This document shows, piece after piece, positions 40,214-50,185 of a DNA stretch of 64,000 bases (position 1 is the stretch's first letter; the number at the start of each line of letters is the position of its first letter). Below the pieces are notes generated by a model, which saw only the letters and a list, made by a program, of their open reading frames with translations, was not told the origin of the DNA and did not search any database. This stretch comes from Thermodesulfobacteriota bacterium (GTDB lineage: Bacteria > Desulfobacterota_D > UBA1144 > Nemesobacterales > UBA2774). The translations under genes were made by a program, and so were the position numbers. The stretch is from positions 7,583 through 71,582 of the forward strand of contig JBGSVA010000041.1 in the NCBI GenBank assembly GCA_041753155.1, in the 5' to 3' direction.

Positions 40214-41218
40214 TCATGCCAGGAGACCCGTGAAAAACCGTAGGAGCGACTTTTCCGTTTCCTCTTCCGAGTACCTGAGAGCGGTCTTGTGGGCGTTCTC
40301 CCTTATCCGGTCGAGCTCGTACTGAATATTGTCGTAATTCTCGATAAGACTGAAGAGTTTATCTATGAGCGGGTAAACGTAGTTGTTCGGAAACACATAC
40401 GCATTCCGACCGTCCTCGAGATAATCCATACCGCCGTAAGCCTCGTAGCAAAGCGGGATGCATCCCGCGGCCATCGCTTCGGGGACAGTCACGTTAAACC
40501 CCTCTATCAAGTTTAGATTTACGAAAAAAGAAGACCCCTTCATAAGCTCCGAAACCCCCCGGTGAGTCATACCGTTTAGCTTCACAACATCCCAATTATC
40601 CCCGGACCTCCGTTCCCATTGTCCCGGAGACTTCGTTCCGACCGTCTCTGCTCTCTTTATCAGCAGCTTGAGGGCAATATCATAATCAACGCACCCTGCT
40701 CCGGCGTATGCGGGGTTTTGGAACAATAAAATTCTCCTTTGACGGTCTCCGGAACGGGCACCCTCATCATGGGCGAAGAAGTAAGGCGCAATAAACGGGG
40801 GGATAACTTCCGATTGAGCGCCGAAGTAAGTGTCAACGATCTTCTTTATATTGGGCATGGTGACGATTACATGGCCGTAACCGAGTTCGTCATAATTTAC
40901 GGCTTTTTCCAGCCTGTGGAGGATAAGGAACCCACCCTGAACAAACACAATCTTTTTACAGCCGGCGCTTCTCGGGAAGTCGTCGAGTACATTGACTTCG
41001 GGGACTACAAGAAAATCATTTTCTCTGATTTTGAAAGAACTGTCATTTAAATATGAAACAGGTACATCCGACTCGAACCATCGGTAGCGGTAGGGCCTTT
41101 TATGATGCAGGACAGCCGCATCGATTCCGTTTCGATTCAGTAATTTCACGTGGCCGTACAACATGCCGATGCCCCAGCTCGGCTTATCGTATTCAGGGGC
41201 AAGATAATAAATCGTCAC
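40214..41218 (-). CDS. Glycosyltransferase family 4 (GT-B, retaining)
   Basis: The C-terminal FFVNLNLIEGFNVTVPEAMAAGCIPL matches the GT4 EX7E region. Confidence 0.65.
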   Translation of the reverse strand: MTIYYLAPEYDKPSWGIGMLYGHVKLLNRNGIDAAVLHHKRPYRYRWFESDVPVSYLNDSSFKIRENDFLVVPEVNVLDDFPRSAGCKKIVFVQGGFLILHRLEKAVNYDELGYGHVIVTMPNIKKIVDTYFGAQSEVIPPFIAPYFFAHDEGARSGDRQRRILLFQNPAYAGAGCVDYDIALKLLIKRAETVGTKSPGQWERRSGDNWDVVKLNGMTHRGVSELMKGSSFFVNLNLIEGFNVTVPEAMAAGCIPLCYEAYGGMDYLEDGRNAYVFPNNYVYPLIDKLFSLIENYDNIQYELDRIRENAHKTALRYSEEETEKSLLRFFTGLLA

Positions 41219-41249
41219 GGTCTACTCACTATTAAATTCATATTGTCAG

Positions 41250-42446
41250 TCAACGGTCCGAACCGGATACGCCCTGAGCAATGTGTCTCAGTAAAGAAAG
41301 AGACTTGTAAATCAAAGAGACCGGTAATTTTGACACATGCCAGGAATCGGGAGCGGTTATTGCGTCTCTGCATCCTCGGCATATAAAATCCGCAGGAGCC
41401 TCTTCGATCCCGTATATCCAGCGCCTCATCTTTGCAAATTCCGGCCCGGTAAGGACCTCGTCCACTGTTTGTCTGTTAAGATCGCCTACTATGTAGGCAT
41501 TATTGTAGTCCTGACAGCAGAGGAAACACTCCCCCTTCGGGTTGATATGCAGGTGCTGTAGGGGGCGGGAACCTAATAACGAACAGCCCCGCAGCTTTTT
41601 ATGCGGGTTATCTGTCTTCAACCCGAGACTGAGATAACCTGCCCGGTTAGTCAAAATAGAATATTTAACATTGAAATATGATTCCGAGAAGTGTTCCGCT
41701 ATCTCTCTGAAGCTGCGGATATGGTCTTCATCCCCCATGCCCAGCACCGCTATATCCATATATTCAGCAATTTTCTTGTCTTTAATATAATCGAGGTTCC
41801 TGATAACCGTACCGACGTGGTCACCTCCGCGGTCTTTCTTATATCGTTCGCGATCCATTGTCGAAAGATTTACGGAAAGATAACCCAGCCCGCCCATGTC
41901 AATGATCTCGTCCGACCTCGATGGCGTAAGACCGGTCGCGTTCGTGTTCACCGCAGGACGGAAGCCGTGTTTCTTAATAAGTCTTATCTGATCCACAAAC
42001 CGCTTGTCGGCTGTAGGCTCGTTGTAGCTGATCATGAAAACGAGCTCCACGGTATTGCGGTAAACCGACAGCTGCCTCAATATATCTTCATAAAACTCGA
42101 TGGGCATAAAATATTCTTCTCTCGGATTTATCGAAACGGGACAGAAATAACACGCCTGATTGCATACCGTATTCGCTTCGATCGATACGAATTTAAGATA
42201 AAAGCGTTTTGACAATTCCTCATTGCTTATATGCGGGATTATCCACCCCTCACTCTCAAGGAGATGTTTTAAATCCGGGGACAAAGAATCCACAGAACGT
42301 TTTCCCGATGCCATAGCCCTCAATTCCCCGTATCCCAGGTCATTAGGCAGGATAGTACGGTTTGTCAAAGGGTTATAGATACGGTCCCGATGTAAATTCA
42401 GATAAGGTTCCGCAATCGACCTCTTACTCGCCTCTTCTCCATCCAT
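41250..42446 (-). CDS. Radical SAM enzyme with a C-terminal SPASM/twitch Cys cluster and a ~95-aa N-terminal extension
   Basis: CNQACYFC (CX3CX2C). The C-terminus has CSLLGS...ECFLCC...CRGC. GGAGGAG RBS. Confidence 0.75.
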   Translation of the reverse strand: MDGEEASKRSIAEPYLNLHRDRIYNPLTNRTILPNDLGYGELRAMASGKRSVDSLSPDLKHLLESEGWIIPHISNEELSKRFYLKFVSIEANTVCNQACYFCPVSINPREEYFMPIEFYEDILRQLSVYRNTVELVFMISYNEPTADKRFVDQIRLIKKHGFRPAVNTNATGLTPSRSDEIIDMGGLGYLSVNLSTMDRERYKKDRGGDHVGTVIRNLDYIKDKKIAEYMDIAVLGMGDEDHIRSFREIAEHFSESYFNVKYSILTNRAGYLSLGLKTDNPHKKLRGCSLLGSRPLQHLHINPKGECFLCCQDYNNAYIVGDLNRQTVDEVLTGPEFAKMRRWIYGIEEAPADFICRGCRDAITAPDSWHVSKLPVSLIYKSLSLLRHIAQGVSGSDR

Positions 42447-42562
42447 TAACTTATTAATCTCTCCTCCATATATATAGTTTTTACATAATGCCGTTCACTT
42501 TAATTACGACATCACCTACTTTATCCACACCACTGGTATACGCGAAAGTTAAAGCCTCATTT

Positions 42563-43384
42563 TTATCTAAACAGTGCATCCCTCACCCTAAACACGATAG
42601 GCGGTACGAATAATGCGACTGCATCTTTTAATTTTTGCGCCCTTTCGGCTTTCCTCAGCGTCTGCCCGGGTTTCAGTTTAAATAAGGTAGTATGATCTTC
42701 GAGCCCTATTTTTATCTCCTCCTCCGGTCTGCCGTTCGTGTAATAGTAGAGCGCGAGGGATTTCCTGCTTCCGCCGTTGGGGCAGTTTACAGGAGTAGGG
42801 TTGCCGTGGTACGAAAAATCCGTTGTAGAAAACACGACTGCCGTATTGTATGCGGGTACAACCATTCTGTGACACACTTTCATTTCCCTGTCCCAGAGTT
42901 CGAGCTGTCCGCCGTTTTCGTCCGTCCACCCTTTATTCAGATAAATGAGAAGATTGAGCCTCCTGTCGAGTCTCATCTTAGGGTGCCTGTTAAAATCTGC
43001 GTGTATGTTGAGAAACCCTCCGTGCTTCAGCTCGTGCAGCCCGCCGCCGAAAAAGTGAGGGTCGGGGACGAGGCCGTCTATGCCCGTCATCCCTTCCAGG
43101 AAATCTATAAACGGTTTTGAATTCAGGAAATGGAGGAACAATGTTGTGCGTGGGCCGAAATGGTCTTCGCCGATACTTGCAAGCTTGACTTCATGCTCAT
43201 TATCGTACTCCAGCTTCATCCGAGACCTGCTCAAATCGGGAAACTCATCAAGCACTGCGTCGAGTATCTCTTCATTAAAAAGACCCTCTATTACGATGTG
43301 GGGAAAAGGAGGATTGTTTTGGTATTCATCCGCCTTTTCCTTTCCAAGTCCGCCGAGATCGGTCTTTAACCAGTGCATATACAC
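42563..43384 (-). CDS. 2-oxoglutarate/Fe(II)-dependent oxygenase (prolyl-hydroxylase-like fold)
   Basis: HxD...H facial triad candidates (NIHADFNRH ... SYHGN). Confidence 0.55.
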   Translation of the reverse strand: MYMHWLKTDLGGLGKEKADEYQNNPPFPHIVIEGLFNEEILDAVLDEFPDLSRSRMKLEYDNEHEVKLASIGEDHFGPRTTLFLHFLNSKPFIDFLEGMTGIDGLVPDPHFFGGGLHELKHGGFLNIHADFNRHPKMRLDRRLNLLIYLNKGWTDENGGQLELWDREMKVCHRMVVPAYNTAVVFSTTDFSYHGNPTPVNCPNGGSRKSLALYYYTNGRPEEEIKIGLEDHTTLFKLKPGQTLRKAERAQKLKDAVALFVPPIVFRVRDALFR

Positions 43385-43740
43385 TATTTATTTAACCTCC
43401 TGTGCCGCTTCGATTTATCATCGAAGTATTTCATCCGGATTTAGTTATTTCGTCACCGGAGCTGAAATTAATGAACTCCACTTATTTTTTTCGAAAATGC
43501 TCAACAGGATTACATTGGAGAACAAAATCACAGTATCCATCCTCTGCGGGGCTTTTGTGGTTATTTTTAAGGCCTCTCCAATATATTTTGCTAGACCAGT
43601 ATACCTTGAAAACACACTTACAATAACATGCACATACATTATTGAAGCATTATACATATATTAATGTATTCGCGCAATTATAATCTCCTACTGTGCCGGA
43701 TATATAACATGAGAATTGTCTGAGGATATATAAGCTTTTC

Positions 43741-43935
43741 TCAGCCGAGGAGGCTCGAAAAAAAACTCCTCATTTCTTGAGAGAATTGCTTTCTTGAATA
43801 ACACCTTAGGGCAATGGACTGCATTTGTTCTATCTCCATAGCGAGCTCATCGGCGCTTTTATTATAAACTTCAATAATGCTTCCGGGAATATCCCTGCGC
43901 TTGATATATGTGTACTCACATCTTTGACCTATCAT
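43741..43935 (-). CDS. Candidate small protein (64 aa) translationally coupled to the upstream sulfotransferase
   Basis: ATGA stop/start overlap with the sulfotransferase. GGAG sits 8 nt upstream of the ATG. No homology is recognised. Confidence 0.3.
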   Translation of the reverse strand: MIGQRCEYTYIKRRDIPGSIIEVYNKSADELAMEIEQMQSIALRCYSRKQFSQEMRSFFSSLLG

Positions 43936-44813
43936 TCAGAAAACTCCGGCCAAAGGGAAGTATCAATTTCCGGAAACATCTTTATCATCGCCTGGACGTC
44001 CGGTGAATAATATCTTGCAAGACGTTCTCTTTCCTCTTTCGTGATATCCGGAATTTTATGCACTATACGATTGACGGGTCTCTCGGGGTTTGCGGGCTTA
44101 TACCCGTCATCAATTCCCAGAAATCTGTACGTTCGCGAAATCTCCGTATAAATATCCAGCTTGCACTTTTCATACTGCAATATCAGAATTTGATCGCGTT
44201 CGAAAAGGGATAAGAGCCTTGAAAGAGAAAACGAGAGGGAACTTTGCGTTATTGAATCAGGAAATACCCAAAACAATTCTACCATATGATTGAGGTCGGT
44301 TCCGAGATCAAAACGCTCGGAATATACAGATGTGAATTGATTTAAATGTGAGATAAACCTATCGATAGGGTTTCTGAGAACTATGAGAATTTTAGTCTCG
44401 GGAGCGGCTCCGGCCAAATAATCCAGGGCTAACGGGTACCAGAGATAACTCGGGGACCATTCTCCGCTTATACAGTTGTCGGGGGAGGCAAAGGCCTGAC
44501 GGTAAACGGAAATATCTTCCTTACTTATCCCATGAGTGCCGAAATGGTAGAAATAAGCGAGTTCCTTTTCTTTCAGTCTGTTCTCCACCACTTGTGGATG
44601 TTCCAGGAGCAACGAATACCACCAGGTAGTGCCAGCCTTAGGACTGGCGACACCTACGAAATCAGGGCCTTTGATCTTCCAGTTATCCGGTATCCGACAG
44701 AGATCCGACGTCCTGAAAGGGCGCGTCATAGGGGTATAAGCAGGGGGTCCGCCGGATTTTCCGGTCCTCGATGTTTTATTCCAAACGCTCTTTAATAAAT
44801 TCTTCATGACCAA
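43932..44813 (-). CDS. Sulfotransferase (PAPS-dependent, Sulfotransfer_3-like)
   Basis: 5'-PSB motif PKAGTTW and 3'-PB motif RNPIDR. Confidence 0.75.
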   Translation of the reverse strand: MVMKNLLKSVWNKTSRTGKSGGPPAYTPMTRPFRTSDLCRIPDNWKIKGPDFVGVASPKAGTTWWYSLLLEHPQVVENRLKEKELAYFYHFGTHGISKEDISVYRQAFASPDNCISGEWSPSYLWYPLALDYLAGAAPETKILIVLRNPIDRFISHLNQFTSVYSERFDLGTDLNHMVELFWVFPDSITQSSLSFSLSRLLSLFERDQILILQYEKCKLDIYTEISRTYRFLGIDDGYKPANPERPVNRIVHKIPDITKEERERLARYYSPDVQAMIKMFPEIDTSLWPEFSE

Positions 44814-44955
44814 TATCCGATTACCGGGAAATAACCTCGATCAAGTCTTCTAAATCGAAATTCATTGCAGCTTCATTTAGGTTCATGTAATTCTTATCGA
44901 ACATTTATCTCCACCCATTCGGTGGTGTAAAAAGCCCAATTTCTCATCTTTCACG

Positions 44956-45801
44956 TTAGCCATATCCCTTTCTTCTGCTGACCGTTCTTTTAATATATCC
45001 AGTGCAGTGCTCAGAACTTATGGTCCTTTTGTCACCCAGACTCCAGTCGTTTGCATAACCGTATCTCTCCATATATTCGGCAAACAACGGTTTGAAAAAA
45101 TCAACATCCTCCGGGAGGAACCAGTTCCTCCAGTCGCCATACCCCCTTGTCCTCGGGACATGGCTGTTTTCCTCGCCGACTTCAGCCTCGCCGGTCAGCC
45201 TGAACCCGAGGTACTGTTCAAGTCCCTGAAGGTCTCCGTCCACAAAATTCTCGTACCTGATCCTGCAATGCTCCCCCATCCTGCCCTCGAATCCATAGAT
45301 CCAATTTTGTTGACTTTTCATCCAATCGGCAACCTTACCTAGCGACTCGCCGGGTATTAAATTCAGAACCTGTTGTAATAATGAAACGAATGAGATACTT
45401 TCCGGGTTCTCTTCCTTTTTTTTGAACAGGGTTAATACAAAATCGAGATTGTCGTCATTTTCATATATAGACGGCGACTGTTGTATTAAGAACAGCAAGC
45501 CGCTTACGACCCAGTCCCTCGGGTCTCTGACTATGTAGATTTTTTTGTCGAATCCCATGAACGATGTGTAATTCGCGACCTCCCGCCCGTCCACGAATCC
45601 GAGAATAACCTTGGCTAATTCGGCCGGATAGGATTTAAGCGGTTCAGGAATGTAATTCACAGGTTCATTAAGAAGCCTGGCTCCGGCAGGGAGAGAGTTA
45701 TAAATTTTGTAGCATAATGCCGTAGTGCCTGATTTGTATTGGCCGAATATAACAATTCTTATCTTATCTGAAAAAGGTACAGTGAGTATCGTCCCAGCCA
45801 T
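44956..45801 (-). CDS. Sulfotransferase family protein (second paralogue)
   Basis: GQYKSGTTAL P-loop-like 5'-PSB motif. IVRDPRD 3'-PB motif. Confidence 0.65.
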   Translation of the reverse strand: MAGTILTVPFSDKIRIVIFGQYKSGTTALCYKIYNSLPAGARLLNEPVNYIPEPLKSYPAELAKVILGFVDGREVANYTSFMGFDKKIYIVRDPRDWVVSGLLFLIQQSPSIYENDDNLDFVLTLFKKKEENPESISFVSLLQQVLNLIPGESLGKVADWMKSQQNWIYGFEGRMGEHCRIRYENFVDGDLQGLEQYLGFRLTGEAEVGEENSHVPRTRGYGDWRNWFLPEDVDFFKPLFAEYMERYGYANDWSLGDKRTISSEHCTGYIKRTVSRRKGYG

Positions 45802-45870
45802 AATTGAATTTTACTATATTCGGAGTGAGGCTGATACCTTCAAATACTAAGGAGATGAATCCCAGCCTGC

Positions 45871-47874
45871 TCACGTAATCGTTCTTCGCCTAAAAAAATT
45901 CAATATCCTGAGAGGAACGATTTTTCTTACGGTGCTGTAGATTGTCCAGATAAAATAATTATTAATCAATGAGTTGCCGGTGGCCGGTTTACGTACTCCC
46001 GCATGTCTTTCAGCCAGGGCTCTCCTCAAATATCGGTTCTCCTCGTAAACCTCATCGATCCGCTTGATAAACCATTTTTCATAATCCCCGGTCTTGAAAT
46101 AGTCGCTGTATTTATCGTATATCTTAAAGCGCCACTCGTTGTAATTATAATCGCGCTCGGCGAATACCCTGTATTCCGCGGTGATACCGGGAAGTCTCTG
46201 TATATAGGTATGAGTCGCTATTCTGAGCCACAGGTCCCAGTCCTCATATATCTCGAGCCCTTCATCCGGATAATCAATCTCTTCGAGCAAAGCCTTCGCA
46301 AACATGAGGGTCATGTTTGGGATGTAGTTAAAGACATGCAGCTGATCGAGATCATGATCCACTCCTCTGAAAGGCTTCTTCTCACCTTTAAGTATGAACT
46401 CGCTGCCGTGCCACTCGTAACCGGCTATTTCGCAATCGCTGTATGCGGCTTTCTCGCCCGTCGTTTCAAGATATCTTGCCAGCTTCTCCACATGACCGAC
46501 ATGAAACAGGTCATCGTCGTCAAGAAAATTGATATATTTCCCCCCGGCAGCTCTAATCCCCTCGTTCCCGGCTGCTGACCGTCCCCTGGGTTCGTCGAAT
46601 TTGATATACCTTACGGGAATATATTTCTGGAATTCCTCTACGACCCCCGTAACATCCTCCCCTCCGTCATTTACAATGACGGCCTCGATGTTCGGATAAG
46701 TCTGCATAACGATGCTCGATAGAGTATCCCTAAGCAAAAGCGGCCTGTCTTTCGTACGCACTATTACAGAGACGAGAGGCGTATCTTCCTTAAACCGGTT
46801 AAAAGCGGACAAAAACTGTTCCCGTGAGAATTTCTCCACGTGATTATCAATCAGCTCTCCGCTCTTCATCAGAAAGAAACCCTCGGCGTAAGCGGCGGAG
46901 CTAAGCGTAAGGGAGCGGAAACGGTTAAGGGAGAGCGCTATGTCGGAGTAGGGAACATTTTCCAGCTGACTCTTGTACGCTTCACAGGCTTTCCGCTTGC
47001 GCTCGACCGCGGATGTGATATCGACAAGCGCGTTCACCCTGATCGCCGTGTTGATTTCACAGAATGCAATTACGCAGTCAGCACATGCTTTTTGCGCGGA
47101 ACGACAGACTATTTCGGCCGCTGCACGGTGGTCGGGATGGAATTCAAACGGCGACGGGACATAAATAAGGTCCGGTCTGTAGTTCTCCAGGAGCACGGAA
47201 AGACGGTCTATATTCCGGTTGTCAGGTTCGAGGCCCCTATCGGGGTTCCTCCAGAACTCGAGATCCGAAACTCCCAGTATTTCGCATGCCCTCCTGGCCT
47301 CGGATTCTCTCAATTCGACATAGTCCTCTTTCCTGTGCTTTCCGGAAAAATCGGCCTTCGACCCGTCGGTGAGGAAAACAACTTTTACAGGGTCACCGCT
47401 TTTCCGATGATGTATGATACTCCCGCCGCAGCCGAAGCATTCGTCATCAGGGTGGGGAGCGATCACCAGAACTTTGTTGCCTGTAAGCTCAGCCGCTTCA
47501 TACGGTATGATCTTCTCCTCGTGGAGGGTATTAAGAACGACAGGGCTGCCCGCCAATTCTTGCCCCGTCTCCCCGAAAATAAACTGTAATTCATGCCTCA
47601 CCCCGTCGAGATACCCGGAAGATATCCGGTATATGAACCCGTGATATCCCCTCCCATACCCTTTTTCCTTGAGGTCCCATCTGTAATAAGAAGGTGTGAA
47701 CCCGTCGACAGGATTCCCGCCTTCCTTCACGATAACACGTAAAGGCTCGTCCGGGCAGGACTTATCAAGCGCCCATCCCTTCACAATGGAATCGTCGTGA
47801 TATTCGATCTCGCCGATGTAATCGGATTCGGCCGCAGGCATGGACTTTCCAAATCTTTCCTTGATATATTTCAT
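45871..47874 (-). CDS. Three-domain protein: N-terminal unknown region, PIG-L/LmbE deacetylase and GT2 glycosyltransferase
   Basis: LVIAPHPDDECFGCGGS (PIG-L). VSVIVRTKDRP...VIVNDGGED...FLDDDD (GT2). Confidence 0.75.
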   Translation of the reverse strand: MKYIKERFGKSMPAAESDYIGEIEYHDDSIVKGWALDKSCPDEPLRVIVKEGGNPVDGFTPSYYRWDLKEKGYGRGYHGFIYRISSGYLDGVRHELQFIFGETGQELAGSPVVLNTLHEEKIIPYEAAELTGNKVLVIAPHPDDECFGCGGSIIHHRKSGDPVKVVFLTDGSKADFSGKHRKEDYVELRESEARRACEILGVSDLEFWRNPDRGLEPDNRNIDRLSVLLENYRPDLIYVPSPFEFHPDHRAAAEIVCRSAQKACADCVIAFCEINTAIRVNALVDITSAVERKRKACEAYKSQLENVPYSDIALSLNRFRSLTLSSAAYAEGFFLMKSGELIDNHVEKFSREQFLSAFNRFKEDTPLVSVIVRTKDRPLLLRDTLSSIVMQTYPNIEAVIVNDGGEDVTGVVEEFQKYIPVRYIKFDEPRGRSAAGNEGIRAAGGKYINFLDDDDLFHVGHVEKLARYLETTGEKAAYSDCEIAGYEWHGSEFILKGEKKPFRGVDHDLDQLHVFNYIPNMTLMFAKALLEEIDYPDEGLEIYEDWDLWLRIATHTYIQRLPGITAEYRVFAERDYNYNEWRFKIYDKYSDYFKTGDYEKWFIKRIDEVYEENRYLRRALAERHAGVRKPATGNSLINNYFIWTIYSTVRKIVPLRILNFFRRRTIT

Positions 47875-47898
47875 CGGATATCAGATCAAAAAATCGAT

Positions 47899-48942
47899 TC
47901 AGAACATATCGGTATCGCCCATTGTAAAATAAAGTCTCCTCGATAATTCATATGAATCCACATTTGAGTCCAAAGGTGTTGTTGTTATAAACAGCGCATA
48001 TGGATTCCCGCCTTCGCTCATATCTCTTGATTTCAGCACCTCTTTTGCTTCCTCATCATTACATAGCCACATTTCCACTTTTCTTGCCCCCAAAAGAACA
48101 GCCAGATTCCAGATCCGCCGCTCTAGTTCCGTAATAGTCGATGGATCCTTTCCATCCCATATCAAATCCACCCACTTAAGAATTCTGTCATCAAGGCTAA
48201 GCACAGCAAAACCATGCGGAACGCCATTGTCTACAACTATTAAATAATAGTATTTTTTTAGCGGATGGCTCAAATACCGCCGATGTATATATTCCATGTC
48301 TCTCACAGCCGAAACGGGGTAACGGACCGAAGCCCTCGACCACAACTCACCGATATAACTTAAATCTACATAGCTGCGGGAGGTAAGAAAACTCCATATT
48401 ATTCGACTCATTACGAGCCCGCGCACCCTATGAAATAAATTCAACCGTTTGCTGAGATATACGATAGGTACGCATTCCGTATAATTCATCATCAATCTGC
48501 CCAATTTCAGATGCCTCTCTCCCAGGCAGCCGTATAATAATGCAATGTTATCCTTGGCTCCGAATTGTGCGCGGAAAGCATCAAACGTTTTTATATATAG
48601 TTTTTTCCTGACTACATATTCCCTTTGAAGAGAATAGCAATCCACGGCCTGAGCGCAGTTCAGAATCTTTCCATTCATCTGTATTCTGGAAAGGAGGGTG
48701 GAGAAATTGACCAGAACCTCGTTATTTTCGTCAACAGCCAGCATTATGCGAGAGCCGGCGTCGCTGTCACGGCCGAATTTCCAGTACCATTCCTCTATAG
48801 TGCGATTCGCACCGAAGACCTCGTTGAAACCCCGGTTGATTGAGATTTCATCCCCTGTCTCATACGGCCGTATTGTCTGGCTATCCATTTGCATCAAGTG
48901 AGCCGACCGAGAATTTCTTAATCCTGTCCATAAGTGCTTCAC
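47899..48942 (-). CDS. Hypothetical protein, GNAT-fold/FemAB-like acyltransferase candidate
   Basis: It sits in the operon context. Weak resemblance to Acetyltransf_6-type proteins. No firm motif. Confidence 0.35.
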   Translation of the reverse strand: MKHLWTGLRNSRSAHLMQMDSQTIRPYETGDEISINRGFNEVFGANRTIEEWYWKFGRDSDAGSRIMLAVDENNEVLVNFSTLLSRIQMNGKILNCAQAVDCYSLQREYVVRKKLYIKTFDAFRAQFGAKDNIALLYGCLGERHLKLGRLMMNYTECVPIVYLSKRLNLFHRVRGLVMSRIIWSFLTSRSYVDLSYIGELWSRASVRYPVSAVRDMEYIHRRYLSHPLKKYYYLIVVDNGVPHGFAVLSLDDRILKWVDLIWDGKDPSTITELERRIWNLAVLLGARKVEMWLCNDEEAKEVLKSRDMSEGGNPYALFITTTPLDSNVDSYELSRRLYFTMGDTDMF

Positions 48943-48945
48943 GGA

Positions 48946-50085
48946 TCAAGTTTTTATAATCACATAAAAACCCTTGGTTTCCAAGCTGTCCATATCTGTC
49001 TCGAATAGACTCGATAGCTTTCTGAACCGCGCCGGGAGCTCGGTCTTCTGGGGGATTATTTTGTAAGAACTTATCCCGGACCTTTCTACCCAGTCTTCCA
49101 ATGTTCTTCTCGTGAAAAAGCGGAAATGCGTATAGCACAAAAGACCGATCGGGACATAATCCCATCTCCCTGCCAAGAGGTCTTCCACGACGGAGTAATG
49201 TCCGACGTTCGGCACGGATAGAACTATACGTCCCCCTGGTCTCAGTACCGATTTCATTTTTAAAAGAAAGTCTTCCGGGTAGTTCAGGTGCTCGAACAGC
49301 TCCGTAGCAAGGACGACGTCGTACTTCTCATCTATGTCCAGCTCCTGAATATCCCCGCAGATAACACGCGAAATGTGACTCCGCGCATCCGACGCGATGT
49401 CGGAGTTGAGTTCAACCCCCGTGACGCGGCATCCAAGCTTATTCTGTAGGAATTCGCCGGTAAGCCCACGCCCGCAACCTATTTCAAGAATCTCTTCGGC
49501 GCCTTCCGGAATATAGGGTAGTATGTCCTCCCTAATCTCGCCGTAATAGTCGATAAACTGATGGAATACGCCCGCATGGGTCGTCCGGTTTCCGAGCCTG
49601 AGGTTCTTGAAAAGCTCTTTGTCCGTCAATACCTCTTCCACGGATGTTCTATTCAATACTTCACGGAATGAATCTGCAGAGAAAAGGGATATCGGGAGGT
49701 GCGAGTCGTTCAATTCAAAGGGCTTATGGAATTCGTTGAATATGCGTTTTTCTATTAGCTCGTAACCGCGAATCGTATAGATAGGCGATTCACCCGTTAC
49801 TTTAAATTTAGATATAGAATTAGGTAATACGGCAGAGACCCGTGTATTCAGCGCATTTGTCATATGAATTAAGGTTTCCGCAGTGAAAAACAAATTCTCC
49901 TTACCCAGAACCAGAACGTAATCGGCTGCCGGCAGTAGAGGCTCTCCGCTGCCTTCACGCCAAACGAGTGTTTCGACCTCGAAGGCTTTTCTTGCCCGAT
50001 TAACGCAATATGAGAAGAGATACCTGAATTCAGGGGATTCGGCGTTTTCAGAGGTCAGATGTTTAAGAACCACCAACTTGGACAT
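48946..50085 (-). CDS. Two-domain protein with a C-terminal class I SAM-dependent methyltransferase
   Basis: ILEIGCGRGLTG ... LRPGGRIVLSVPN. Confidence 0.7.
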   Translation of the reverse strand: MSKLVVLKHLTSENAESPEFRYLFSYCVNRARKAFEVETLVWREGSGEPLLPAADYVLVLGKENLFFTAETLIHMTNALNTRVSAVLPNSISKFKVTGESPIYTIRGYELIEKRIFNEFHKPFELNDSHLPISLFSADSFREVLNRTSVEEVLTDKELFKNLRLGNRTTHAGVFHQFIDYYGEIREDILPYIPEGAEEILEIGCGRGLTGEFLQNKLGCRVTGVELNSDIASDARSHISRVICGDIQELDIDEKYDVVLATELFEHLNYPEDFLLKMKSVLRPGGRIVLSVPNVGHYSVVEDLLAGRWDYVPIGLLCYTHFRFFTRRTLEDWVERSGISSYKIIPQKTELPARFRKLSSLFETDMDSLETKGFYVIIKT

Positions 50086-50185
50086 TTGTCTCCGGTGACT
50101 GCTCTAACGATTATCAGATGTTACCAGCAGGCGTCGAAATTTAAACCAATTAAGTATTATATTCAACCGTTCTCCGAATCGTTTT

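Noticed and set aside
43402-43657. 70-74-aa ORFs on both strands in the AT-rich gap between the sulfotransferase and the oxygenase
   Set aside because: These sit in an AT-rich intergenic tract with no RBS or coupling. They are likely chance ORFs. Only the ATGA-coupled ORF at 43741-43935 was retained, at low confidence.
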